64,000 nt of DNA from an uncultured Ruminococcus sp. (GTDB lineage: Bacteria > Bacillota > Clostridia > Oscillospirales > Ruminococcaceae). Below, in pieces: positions 51,215 to 60,651 of this stretch. The translations under genes and the position numbers were made by a program. The DNA is taken from positions 4,635 to 68,634 of the forward strand of contig CALESG010000110.1 in assembly GCA_937907215.1 (NCBI GenBank). Direction: 5' to 3'. A model generated the notes under the pieces. That model had not been told where the DNA came from. It did no database searches and saw only the letters and a list, made by a program, of their open reading frames with translations. Every line of letters begins with the position of its first letter. Positions within the stretch are counted from its first letter, which is position 1.

Positions 51215-52300
51215 ATGATTTCATCGTATCCACATCTGATTGACCTTGACGACTATCCGGTTTCATGGTGGAAGGAAGTAGTCGATTTGGGTGAAAAGAT
51301 CAAAAATAATCCAGAGATCTATTCCGGTGCCTGTCAAGGAAAAATCATGGCAACTTTATTTTATGAGCCATCTACACGTACACAAATGTCCTTCCAGACA
51401 GCAATGCTTCGTCTGGGCGGCAGACTTATAGGCTTTGATAATCCGGCAAATTCTTCTGTATCAAAAGGTGAAACTTTAAAAGATACAACAAAAATCGTAA
51501 GCAATTACGCAGATATTCTTGTAATGCGTCATCCTGTTGCAGGTGCAGCAAAGGCTGCTGCACTTACTGCTGACTGTCCTGTTATAAATGCCGGTGACAG
51601 CGGTCACCTTCACCCTACTCAAACTCTTACAGACCTCTTGACCCTTAAATGTGAAAAAGGAAGACTTGACCATCTCACAATAGGTCTGTGCGGTGATCTT
51701 ATAAACGGCAGAACTGTACATTCACTGCTTAAAGCAATGTCTTGTTTTGAAGGCAATGAATTTGTTCTGATCTCCACACCGGAGCTGAAACTTCCATCAT
51801 ATGTAAAAGATATACTCAAATCAAGCGGCTGTCCATTCAGAGAGGTATCATCGCTGGAAGAGGTTCTTCCTGAGCTTGATGTACTATATATGACAAGAAT
51901 CCAACAGGAAAGATTTGCAAGCCGTGAGGAATATCTGGCACAAAAGGATACATATATATTGACAGCGAAAAAGCTTAAAACCGCTAAACCGGATATGATA
52001 ATACTTCATCCGCTGCCAAGAGTAGACGAAATAGAAGTTGAAATAGACTATGACCCAAGAGCTGCATATTTCAAGCAGGCAAGATATGGAATGTATGTAA
52101 GAATGGCACTTATAATAACAATGCTCAATCTTGACACAAAAACTACTCTACTGCACGGAACAATTCATAATGATGCAGTATGCAAAAACCCAAATTGTAT
52201 TACTCATACAGAAAAATATTTGCCGAAAAGCTTTGTTTCAATCGGTGACAGCTTGCTGGAATGCGAGTACTGCAATGAAAGATTGCTGATTGAAAGATAA
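51215..52300 (+). CDS. pyrB: aspartate carbamoyltransferase with a C-terminal PyrI-like zinc domain
   Basis: FYEPSTRT, HPTQ, HPLP; tail CKNPNCIT...CEYC. Confidence 0.93.
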   Translation: MISSYPHLIDLDDYPVSWWKEVVDLGEKIKNNPEIYSGACQGKIMATLFYEPSTRTQMSFQTAMLRLGGRLIGFDNPANSSVSKGETLKDTTKIVSNYADILVMRHPVAGAAKAAALTADCPVINAGDSGHLHPTQTLTDLLTLKCEKGRLDHLTIGLCGDLINGRTVHSLLKAMSCFEGNEFVLISTPELKLPSYVKDILKSSGCPFREVSSLEEVLPELDVLYMTRIQQERFASREEYLAQKDTYILTAKKLKTAKPDMIILHPLPRVDEIEVEIDYDPRAAYFKQARYGMYVRMALIITMLNLDTKTTLLHGTIHNDAVCKNPNCITHTEKYLPKSFVSIGDSLLECEYCNERLLIER

Positions 52301-52379
52301 TCTAAGCTGCCTATATATTTAATAACCTTACGACATAAGGTAATGATATTATCATTAAGGATAAAAAGGAGGAAATGCA

Positions 52380-52517
52380 ATGAGCAGTAATCGTGACCGC
52401 TATGGCAGACGAAAGATCCGGCCAAAAATACGATTCCGTTTTAGAAATATAATAATAATCTTCATCGGCTGTATAGTAATAGGTCTGGCTTATTACATGA
52501 TAAAGATGAACCTTTAG
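52380..52517 (+). CDS. 45-aa single-pass membrane microprotein (not in the ORF track)
   Basis: AAGGAGG RBS; MSSNRDRYGRRKIRPKIRFRFRNIIIIFIGCIVIGLAYYMIKMNL; followed by a terminator. Confidence 0.7.
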   Translation: MSSNRDRYGRRKIRPKIRFRFRNIIIIFIGCIVIGLAYYMIKMNL

Positions 52518-52539
52518 AAAAAAATCCCTAATGCCTTTA

Positions 52540-52573
52540 TTTCCGGGTTGTCTGCATACCCGGAAATTTTTTT
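52540..52573 (+). terminator. terminator
   Basis: tttccgggt...acccggaaattttttt. Confidence 0.75.
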
Positions 52574-52605
52574 GATAAGAAAAATATAAATTTAACCTAT
52601 GCCTA

Positions 52606-52702
52606 TTGACAAATTCCTTAAAATGGGCTATACTGAATGACAGTGATGATTTGCATACAAGATACGCCGTCTGTTTTGCAAGTTGCATACAATATTTTGT
52701 GT
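52606..52702 (+). promoter_or_regulatory. nrdD promoter with tandem NrdR boxes
   Basis: TTGACA(52606)-17bp-TATACT(52629); atacaagatacgccgt (52655) and atacaatattttgtgt (52687) lie 32 bp apart, matching the NrdR-box consensus and spacing. Confidence 0.75.
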
Positions 52703-52723
52703 TTTGGAAGGAGCTTTATTCTT

Positions 52724-55042
52724 ATGATAATACATATTATAAAACGTGACGGACGCAAAGTTCCGTTTAATATTGAAAAAATCGCAAACGCTGTATTCCG
52801 TGCAGCTCAGTCTGTAGGCGGTACAGATATGAATGAAGCAATGGATATTGCTGTTAAAACCTGTGAGCTTTATGAAGAAAATTATGGCAAGGAAACACCT
52901 ACCGTTGAGATAATTCAGGACTTGGTTGAAAAAACTCTTATTGAAAATGGTCATGCTCAAACTGCGAAGGCATATATTCTCTATCGCTATGAGCGTACAC
53001 GTGATCGTGAAATGAAATCAAACCTCATGAAAACTATGGGTGAGCTTACATTTGATTCCGCCAAAGACAGCGATATAAAACGTGAAAATGCAAATATCGA
53101 TGGTGATACCGCAATGGGTACTATGCTTAAGTACGGTTCTTCTGCTGCCAAGGAATTCTATGAAATGAAAGTTCTGAATCCTGCACACGCAAAGGCACAT
53201 CATGACGGTGATATTCATATTCACGATCTGGACTTCTTAACTCTTACTACTACTTGCTGTCAGATTGATCTTATAAAACTATTTGAAGGCGGGTTCTCTA
53301 CAGGTCACGGCTTCCTGCGTGAACCTAATGATATTGCAAGCTACTCTGCACTTGCTTGTATTGCTATTCAGTCTAATCAAAATGACCAGCATGGTGGTCA
53401 AAGCATTCCAAACTTTGATTATGCAATGGCAGGCGGAATTAAAAAAACATATAAAAAGCGTTATCTGCGTAATATGGAACGTGGTCTTGCACTTGTTGCG
53501 GGAATGGAAAACAGCGGTGAATTTGTAAAAGATTATGCCGCAAAAATTTTTAATGAAAAGGGCATTATTCCTTGTCTTGCAAATGATAACGGCTTTCAGG
53601 AGGCTGAAAAAGAATATCTGCTAACTAAAATAGATGAAACTATGGCTGATAAACTTCAAAGCTTCACTGCTGAAAATGCTTATCGTGAAACAAATCGTGC
53701 AACATATCAGGCAATGGAAGCTCTTATTCACAATCTCAATACAATGAACAGCCGTGCAGGTGCACAGACGCCATTTAGTTCTATCAATTATGGTACAGAT
53801 ACTTCTCCTGAAGGTAAAATGGTTATTGAAAATATTCTGCTTGCTGAAGAAGCCGGTCTTGGAAACGGAGAAACACCTATCTTCCCTATCCATATTTTCA
53901 AGATAAAGGAAGGCATAAATTATAATGAATCCGATCCAAACTACAGTCTTTTCAAACTTGCCTGCCGTGTTTCTGCAAAAAGGCTCTTCCCGAATTTTGC
54001 ATTCCTTGATGCGCCATTCAATAAGCAGTATTACAAAGAAGGCGATTACCGTACAGAAATAGCATATATGGGCTGTCGTACAAGAGTTATAGGTAATGTA
54101 TATGACACTGACAATGAAATTGTTACAGGAAGAGGAAATCTTAGCTTTACGTCCATCAATCTGCCAAGACTTGCTATAAAAGCTGATCACAATGTTGGTC
54201 TGTTCTTTGATATGCTTGATGAAATGATGGATCTTACAATTGATCAACTTATGCACCGTTTTCATATCCAGTGTCAGAAAAAGGTTAGAAATTATCCTTT
54301 CCTTATGGGTCAGGGTGTTTGGATCGGCTCTGATGCACTTTCAGCTGATGATACCGTTGAAGAAGTACTGAAGCATGGTACACTTTCTGTTGGATTTATA
54401 GGTCTTGCTGAGGCTCTGAAAGCACTTATCGGTTCACACCATGGTGAAAGTGAAGAAGCTCGTGAATTGGGATTGGAAATAATCACAGCAATGCGTGAAC
54501 GTATGGATCTGGAAGCCAAGAGAACTGGTCTTAACTTCTCACTGCTTGCAACACCGGCTGAAGGTCTTTCGGGAAGATTTGTACGTATTGACAAGGAAAA
54601 GTATGGTATTATTCCGGGTGTTACAGACCGTGATTATTATACAAACTCATTCCATGTGCCGGTATATTATCCTATAAGTGCAGTTGATAAAATACGCATT
54701 GAAGCTCCATATCATGCACTTACAAACGGTGGTCATATCAGCTACATAGAAATGGACGGCGATCCGCTCCAGAACTTATCTGCATTTGAAAAGGTTGTAC
54801 GCTATATGAAGGAGTGCGGTATTGGTTATGGCTCTATAAATCATCCTGTTGACAGAGATCCTTGCTGTGGATTTACCGGCATTATCGGCGACACCTGTCC
54901 TATGTGCGGACGCACTGAAGAGAGTGGTTCATTTGAACGCATACGCAGAATAACGGGTTATCTTGTAGGCACACTTGACAGGTTTAACGATGCTAAACGT
55001 TCAGAAGAACACGACAGAGTAAAGCACGGTTTAACAAAGTAA
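52724..55042 (+). CDS. nrdD: anaerobic (class III) ribonucleoside-triphosphate reductase
   Basis: ATP cone IIKRDGR, IHIHDLD, TCC, MGCRT, TPAEG, RITGYL. Confidence 0.97.
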   Translation: MIIHIIKRDGRKVPFNIEKIANAVFRAAQSVGGTDMNEAMDIAVKTCELYEENYGKETPTVEIIQDLVEKTLIENGHAQTAKAYILYRYERTRDREMKSNLMKTMGELTFDSAKDSDIKRENANIDGDTAMGTMLKYGSSAAKEFYEMKVLNPAHAKAHHDGDIHIHDLDFLTLTTTCCQIDLIKLFEGGFSTGHGFLREPNDIASYSALACIAIQSNQNDQHGGQSIPNFDYAMAGGIKKTYKKRYLRNMERGLALVAGMENSGEFVKDYAAKIFNEKGIIPCLANDNGFQEAEKEYLLTKIDETMADKLQSFTAENAYRETNRATYQAMEALIHNLNTMNSRAGAQTPFSSINYGTDTSPEGKMVIENILLAEEAGLGNGETPIFPIHIFKIKEGINYNESDPNYSLFKLACRVSAKRLFPNFAFLDAPFNKQYYKEGDYRTEIAYMGCRTRVIGNVYDTDNEIVTGRGNLSFTSINLPRLAIKADHNVGLFFDMLDEMMDLTIDQLMHRFHIQCQKKVRNYPFLMGQGVWIGSDALSADDTVEEVLKHGTLSVGFIGLAEALKALIGSHHGESEEARELGLEIITAMRERMDLEAKRTGLNFSLLATPAEGLSGRFVRIDKEKYGIIPGVTDRDYYTNSFHVPVYYPISAVDKIRIEAPYHALTNGGHISYIEMDGDPLQNLSAFEKVVRYMKECGIGYGSINHPVDRDPCCGFTGIIGDTCPMCGRTEESGSFERIRRITGYLVGTLDRFNDAKRSEEHDRVKHGLTK

Positions 55043-55053
55043 AAAAGGATCAA

Positions 55054-55708
55054 ATCAATAAAAGTTTTTCGGTCCAGCAGTTTTTCAAAAATGCTGGCGG
55101 AATTCGAGGCAGAGCCTCGAATGATTGCAAAGCAATCATAAAAATCAAAAATTCAATCAATTTAATTAAAGTTAAAACAGTAAGCAAAGAAAATTTCGCA
55201 TTCAAAAAAGCAGAAATTTCAAATCAAAGCAAAAAACAGAAAATCTTGTATAAGTTTTCATTCAAGATAAAAATGCGAAATTTTCAACATAGCAAAAGAG
55301 GGAGCAAAGCGACCAATTTTTGCAAACCGTTTAAAACTTCTTTAAATAGAAAATTTCACCAATAAATAAAATAAAAATATAATTTCCCTAAATATAGAAA
55401 TTGTAAATCGACCGCAAGATTTGTCGCTTCGCTCCGCTCTTGCTGTGTACGCAAATTTCGCTGGCTGTCTTTGCTTGAATTTTAAACAAGGCTTTCTGTT
55501 ATGTTCTTTTACTGTAACGGAAAGCTTTGTTATAATGCGAAATTTTACTTTTTGCTTTTTGTTTTTTTATTTTTTGCTTTTTTATCTGTTCTTTAATTTG
55601 ATGTGGACTTAAGGCGTTTCATGATTGCTTCGCAATCATCTGGGACTTCTCGTCCCAGACCCTACGACTGCTTTTTTGAAAAAAGCAGTGCAAAAAACTT
55701 TTATTGAT
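55054..55708. repeat. 655-bp nested imperfect palindrome with perfect 16-bp terminal inverted repeats
   Basis: atcaataaaagttttt / aaaaacttttattgat; mirrored hairpins and mirrored internal motifs. Confidence 0.85.
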
Positions 55709-55729
55709 ATTATAACGGGAGAGATAAAC

Positions 55730-56242
55730 ATGGATATTCGTATTGCCGGTACTGTAAACGATTCAATAGTTGATGGAAATGGAATCCGTTTTACTATTTT
55801 TACTCAGGGCTGTCCGCATCACTGCAAAGGCTGTCATAATCCGCAAACGCATGACTTTAATGGCGGAACTATAATTTCAGAAGAAGAATTGTTAAAAAGT
55901 ATAAAAGCTAATCCCCTTCTGGACGGCGTAACATTCAGCGGCGGTGAACCATTTTGTCAAGCAGCTGCTCTTGCAAGTATTGGAAAAAAAATTCACTCCA
56001 TTGGCAATCTTGATATTGTAACATATACCGGCTATACATTTGAAGAACTTATAAACGGCTTTGATAAACACCCTGAATGGAAAGAATTGCTTGAAGAAAC
56101 AGATATTCTTATTGATGGAAGATTTGAAGAATCACTAAAAAGTTATGATATAAGATTTCGTGGCAGTAAAAATCAACGTTATCTCGATGCCAAAGAAAGC
56201 CTTAGGCAAAATATACCAATAGACGCCAAGCTTCCTGAATAA
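55730..56242 (+). CDS. nrdG: anaerobic RNR activating enzyme (radical SAM)
   Basis: DSIVDG, GCPHHCKGCHN, SGGEP, RGSKNQ; start after the GGGAGAG RBS. Confidence 0.95.
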   Translation: MDIRIAGTVNDSIVDGNGIRFTIFTQGCPHHCKGCHNPQTHDFNGGTIISEEELLKSIKANPLLDGVTFSGGEPFCQAAALASIGKKIHSIGNLDIVTYTGYTFEELINGFDKHPEWKELLEETDILIDGRFEESLKSYDIRFRGSKNQRYLDAKESLRQNIPIDAKLPE

Positions 56243-56450
56243 TTTACAATCACTGCTCATATATATTATTATTGTATTATATAATACAAAAATATACTGA
56301 ATATGCATAAATTACAATTCAGTAAAAAATAATTCCAATATGGTAAACAATGTTTACAGTTTACTAATTCGCTTGCATATCCGCCTCAGATGTGATATTA
56401 TGATATTGTGTCCTAAAGAATATAAATCTGCTGAGAAGGGAGTGCTGATT

Positions 56451-56600
56451 ATGAGCAGCAAAAATCGTATTTTAGTTTCTATCTTAATTCTTATGGGAGC
56501 AGCAATGCTGAGTTCCTGCACAAGTGCTGCTGATACCAGTGCGGCAGCAATAACAACAGCATCTATCACGTCAGTATGTACAGAGTATGAGATGGTTTAA
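56451..56600 (+). CDS. 49-aa putative mini-lipoprotein
   Basis: AAGGGAG RBS; signal peptide with MLSSC lipobox; terminator at 56619-56646. Confidence 0.55.
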   Translation: MSSKNRILVSILILMGAAMLSSCTSAADTSAAAITTASITSVCTEYEMV

Positions 56601-56668
56601 ATTAAAGATATAAAATAAAGCTCTCAAAGTTCTTGAGAGCTTTTTATTATAAAAAAGGGTTATGCATA

Positions 56669-57784
56669 ATGAAGAAAATATCATTTATTACAGCGATTAT
56701 TATTTTTTCTGCTATGCTTACAGGCTGTGTAAGCCGTGAGCAGCGTGAAGAAAACCAAAAAAATTTATTGCAGGCTGAAAAAAATGCTGTTTCATATATA
56801 AAGGAGAAGTATGGCTTTACTGCTGACATAACAAATTCAAAAGTTGAATCAGAAGGAGGATTATTCGGTCCTACATTTACAGGCTATGCATTTATTGAAA
56901 TGAAACATGATGAAAAAAGGTTTACGGTCTATATAGACGGTAAAACAGTAAATCAAGACGGGCGTGACAACTATCAGGAAGAGGAAATAACAAAATTTAT
57001 AGAAAATAAACTTTATGAAGAAACAGGAATCCAATGTGACAATATTTTAATGCAAAATCATTATAATTATAAACAAAAAGAAAGTATGGATAATTACTAT
57101 CTGCTTTATAATACATATTTTAACGGCAACAATATTGACGATATTTATGAAGAACGCTGCTTTAACTGTTCAGTAAGCTGCTTTGAATCAGCTGATATAT
57201 CAATTCTTGATGAAGAAACAATGAAAGATGTATTCGGCGAAAACTATGCAGCCGTATTTTCTTATAATGAAAGCTTTAATACCTCTGATTGGTATAGTCA
57301 ATACAATGAGTTGAATTCAGTAAATAGCTATAATGATTATAAATATAAATATGGAATGTACATTAGTGAAGCAGTTTCATATAAATATTCCAAAAGCGGT
57401 TCAAAATACGACTATTTCAAGCCCGTTGTACAGACCCTCGGAGATATTTCATATATTACTGAAAATAACGAGATAATAAGTCTGAATGAAACTGAGCCTG
57501 ATGATCCTGAAAACTGGAACTATAGCAGTACAGTAAATACACAAATAGTTTCAAAGGCGTATTCACTGCCGACATCCAGAGAAACCATATGGGTATACTT
57601 TGATAAGAAAGAGCTTCCGGAAAATGGTGAAAATTGCAGCATTGCACTGTCATGGCTTTCTGACAATGACAAAAGAGGATATTCATCAGGAGCTTTGAAT
57701 TATAATTGCGGTGATTACCTTGTAAGTGAAATAAAACCACAATTTGAAGACTACTACTGCGTAGTTATACATAAAGGAAAGTGA
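56669..57784 (+). CDS. hypothetical lipoprotein
   Basis: MKK...MLTGC lipobox; Tyr/Asn-rich. Confidence 0.75.
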   Translation: MKKISFITAIIIFSAMLTGCVSREQREENQKNLLQAEKNAVSYIKEKYGFTADITNSKVESEGGLFGPTFTGYAFIEMKHDEKRFTVYIDGKTVNQDGRDNYQEEEITKFIENKLYEETGIQCDNILMQNHYNYKQKESMDNYYLLYNTYFNGNNIDDIYEERCFNCSVSCFESADISILDEETMKDVFGENYAAVFSYNESFNTSDWYSQYNELNSVNSYNDYKYKYGMYISEAVSYKYSKSGSKYDYFKPVVQTLGDISYITENNEIISLNETEPDDPENWNYSSTVNTQIVSKAYSLPTSRETIWVYFDKKELPENGENCSIALSWLSDNDKRGYSSGALNYNCGDYLVSEIKPQFEDYYCVVIHKGK

Positions 57785-57794
57785 TATTTATTTT

Positions 57795-58745
57795 ATGAAT
57801 AAAACTAAAAAATTGTTACAACTCACAATAATTTGTACATCAGCATTATCTTTAACAGCTTTTTTAAGCGGATGCGGTATATTAGACAATGTAATTGATA
57901 ATATAAAACGTCAATCTGAATTGCCTTCCAATCTGGAAATTGCACAGGAACTCGCCGCTTGTTTTAATGATAAAGATACTTCAGCATTAAAGGAAATGTT
58001 ATGCGAAAGATCGCAGGATCTTGATGATATAGATGAGCAGATACAGGATGCATTTGATTTCATAGATGGAAATATCATTTCATTTGATGAAAATGTAACA
58101 GGTTCGGAAGGCAAATCAAACAGATACGGAACTACTACAGAACTTGATCGTTTTTTCAGCATAGATGACATTGTAACAGATACAAAACAGGAATATTCTA
58201 TCTATGTATCTGAAAATCTTATATATCTAAATGACCCAAAACGTGAAGGCATTACACAAATAATTATAGAAAGTGAATCTGATGATTCAAAAATAGAAGT
58301 AGGATACTCATGGCAGGAATTTTATACTGAAGGACGTGATATTGCCTCTAAAGCTGCAAAGGCTCTTGGTGAAGGTGATGATTATGCTTTCAGTCAGCTC
58401 CTTTGTGATGAACTTGCAGAATCACCTGAAACTCAAAAGAATATCAGCAAAGCTATGGATTTCTTTGAAGGTATGCCTTATTTTGGCAAAGTTCCTGATG
58501 ATAACTTAGAATACGATGGAAAACATGATATACACGTAACAGTATATGAAGAAGAAACTGTTGAAAACGGTGAACCTGTTTGCATTAAGCTTAAAATAGA
58601 CTGTGAAAATATTGATACAGATGCAGATAGAATATTTACAAGTGAGATCGAAGCATATATTCAAAATGATGAAAATCCGAAACTTATAGGAATTACAAAA
58701 TTTATACTTTTTGACGAAGATAAAAACAGTATTATAATAGAATAA
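57795..58745 (+). CDS. lipoprotein with two tandem DUF5104-like domains
   Basis: FLSGC lipobox; internal repeat (LCE..QDLDDIDEQIQDAFDFIDG / LCDE...QKNISKAMDFFEG; GITQI / GITKF); family assignment from recall only. Confidence 0.65.
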   Translation: MNKTKKLLQLTIICTSALSLTAFLSGCGILDNVIDNIKRQSELPSNLEIAQELAACFNDKDTSALKEMLCERSQDLDDIDEQIQDAFDFIDGNIISFDENVTGSEGKSNRYGTTTELDRFFSIDDIVTDTKQEYSIYVSENLIYLNDPKREGITQIIIESESDDSKIEVGYSWQEFYTEGRDIASKAAKALGEGDDYAFSQLLCDELAESPETQKNISKAMDFFEGMPYFGKVPDDNLEYDGKHDIHVTVYEEETVENGEPVCIKLKIDCENIDTDADRIFTSEIEAYIQNDENPKLIGITKFILFDEDKNSIIIE

Positions 58746-58837
58746 TAATAGAGCAAAAGCCGTCAATCTGACCATCAAACCGATGATTTTTAGGGCAAAA
58801 TTTCACAGTATTTCAAAAGTAAATTACGGAAAAAAGC

Positions 58838-58866
58838 TTGACAAAATGCACTTTTTAGTATATAAT
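58838..58866 (+). promoter_or_regulatory. consensus sigma-A promoter of rplM-rpsI
   Basis: TTGACA-17bp-TATAAT. Confidence 0.85.
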
Positions 58867-59015
58867 TATTCTTGTACTGTCAGAGAGACCGGTTAGTATC
58901 TTGCGAAACACCGGCAGTGCAGTCTAACCCAACTGCCCTCTGCCTGGTTTTCCTAATGCATAAATGCAAACAGGAAACGAAGATATTTTTGATAGAAATT
59001 CAGGAGGAATTGACT

Positions 59016-59444
59016 ATGGCAACAACTATGCCTAAGGCTTCAGAAATAAGCCGTAAATGGTATATCATTGATGCAGAAGGCAAGCCGCTTGGTCGTGTTG
59101 CAGCACAGGCTGCTCACATTCTGAGAGGTAAGCATAAACCTACTTTTACTCCACACGTTGACTGCGGCGATTTCGTAATCGTTATCAACTGTGACAAAGC
59201 TGTTCTTACAGGCAACAAGCTTGAGCAGAAGTATTATTATTGGCACACAGGTTGGATCGGTGGCTTAAAGAAGATTCAGTATAAGGATATGATGGCTGAA
59301 CGTTCTGATGAAGCTATGAAGATCGCAATCAAGGGCATGCTCCAGCACAATAAGCTTGGTGCAGCTCAGCTGACTCGTTTACGCACATACAAGGGTGCTG
59401 AACACAAGCAGGCTGCACAGAAGCCAGAAGTTTGTGAATTCTAA
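59016..59444 (+). CDS. rplM: 50S ribosomal protein L13
   Basis: [26 protein letters not shown]. Confidence 0.98.
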   Translation: MATTMPKASEISRKWYIIDAEGKPLGRVAAQAAHILRGKHKPTFTPHVDCGDFVIVINCDKAVLTGNKLEQKYYYWHTGWIGGLKKIQYKDMMAERSDEAMKIAIKGMLQHNKLGAAQLTRLRTYKGAEHKQAAQKPEVCEF

Positions 59445-59461
59445 GGAAGGGAGCATAAAAA

Positions 59462-59863
59462 ATGTACGAATCTAAAGTTAAATATTATTACGGTACAGGC
59501 AGAAGAAAGCACTCTGTAGCAAGAGTTAGACTGTATCCGGGCAACGGCAACATTACTATCAATGGCAGAGATATTGATAATTACTTCGGTCTTGATACTC
59601 TTAAGCTTATCGTCCGTCAGCCTTTGGCTCTGACTGATACTCTGGAGTCCATGGACATCGTTTGTACTGTTACAGGCGGCGGTGTTACAGGTCAGGCTGG
59701 TGCTATCCGTCACGGTGTTTCTCGTGCTCTTTTGGAATTCAATCCTGAGCTTCGTCCTGCTCTTAAGAAGGCTGGATTCCTTACTCGTGATCCAAGAATG
59801 AAGGAAAGAAAGAAGTACGGTCTCAAGGCCGCTCGTCGTGCTCCTCAGTTCTCAAAGAGATAA
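59462..59863 (+). CDS. rpsI: 30S ribosomal protein S9
   Basis: [33 protein letters not shown]. Confidence 0.98.
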   Translation: MYESKVKYYYGTGRRKHSVARVRLYPGNGNITINGRDIDNYFGLDTLKLIVRQPLALTDTLESMDIVCTVTGGGVTGQAGAIRHGVSRALLEFNPELRPALKKAGFLTRDPRMKERKKYGLKAARRAPQFSKR

Positions 59864-59886
59864 TTATATTTCGATTATCATATACA

Positions 59887-59922
59887 AGAAACCTCGAAAA
59901 TCCAGTATTTTCGAGGTTTTTT
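59887..59922 (+). terminator. terminator after rpsI
   Basis: aaacctcgaaaat...attttcgaggtttttt. Confidence 0.85.
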
Positions 59923-59962
59923 ATTACTTTGACTTCATCTGAAATCGGGTGAAAATCAGGCG

Positions 59963-59994
59963 GTAACTAACACGTAACTAACAGGTAACTAACA
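59963..59994. repeat. three direct repeats of gtaactaaca (putative integrase arm-type sites)
   Basis: Exact 10-mers at 59963, 59974 and 59985 (11-bp period) between rpsI and the integrase. Confidence 0.75.
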
Positions 59995-60030
59995 AAAAAT
60001 AACGCTGAGATTAAAATCCCAGCGTTTTCT

Positions 60031-60651
60031 TTATATCCTGTTAATTGCTTCAAGCAACTCCTTCACATTAACGTGTGTATAAACTTTCTCGGTAAGCGAC
60101 ATAGCGCCTGAATGACCGATAATCTTCTTTATGAGAGTAGGATTTACTTCTTTCGCTGCCATCATTGAAATGCAGGTATGACGAGTATCATGCGGCTTGT
60201 GAGAGCATCTGATAAGCTCCATAACAGGTGTCCAGTATGAATCGTAATAGTTGCGGTATGTAAAATGCTTTCCATCAGGAGTATGAAGCAGGTACTCGCA
60301 GCCTTCATCATACCATTTCTTGAAAATAGGATAGGTTCTGTTATGTATCGGAACAACTCTAACACCGCTGTCCGTCTTGCTTTCTACAACCTTGAAATAA
60401 TGCTCGTCTATGTAAATATTCTCACGTTTGAGGTCAAGAAGCTCTGAAACTCTTACTCCGCTGTAAATCAGCATCAGCACAATCTGAACATAAATGTTAT
60501 CTTTCTGAACCCAAAGAGCATTGACTTCATCTTCGGTAAATGGTGAACGGTCAGTCTTATTTGGATTTTTGTTCTTGAATTTGAGAATATCCACATACTG
60601 CGAATAATCCTTATTGCACAGCTCATACTTCATAACCATAGCGAACAGATT
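60031..60651 (-). pseudogene. tyrosine recombinase/integrase, catalytic domain only (N-terminus missing)
   Basis: GVRVSE, KT, HDTRH, GHS, VYTH all present; in-frame stop just upstream; only ~200 aa. Confidence 0.8.

Noticed and set aside
52637..55042. Possible intron, intein or cobalamin riboswitch associated with nrdD
   Set aside because: Continuous normal-length ORF; the short leader is explained by the promoter and NrdR boxes
55421..55729. 63-aa ORF and the N-terminal extension of nrdG in the ORF track
   Set aside because: Both lie within the T-rich arm of the palindromic element; the real nrdG start with an RBS is at 55730
58872..59015. N-terminal extension of L13 in the ORF track
   Set aside because: It overlaps the leader; the strong AGGAGG RBS places the start at 59016
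59963..59994. Short direct repeats as a CRISPR array or iterons
   Set aside because: No spacers and no cas genes; the position beside an integrase fits arm-type sites. No CRISPR array was seen anywhere in the window
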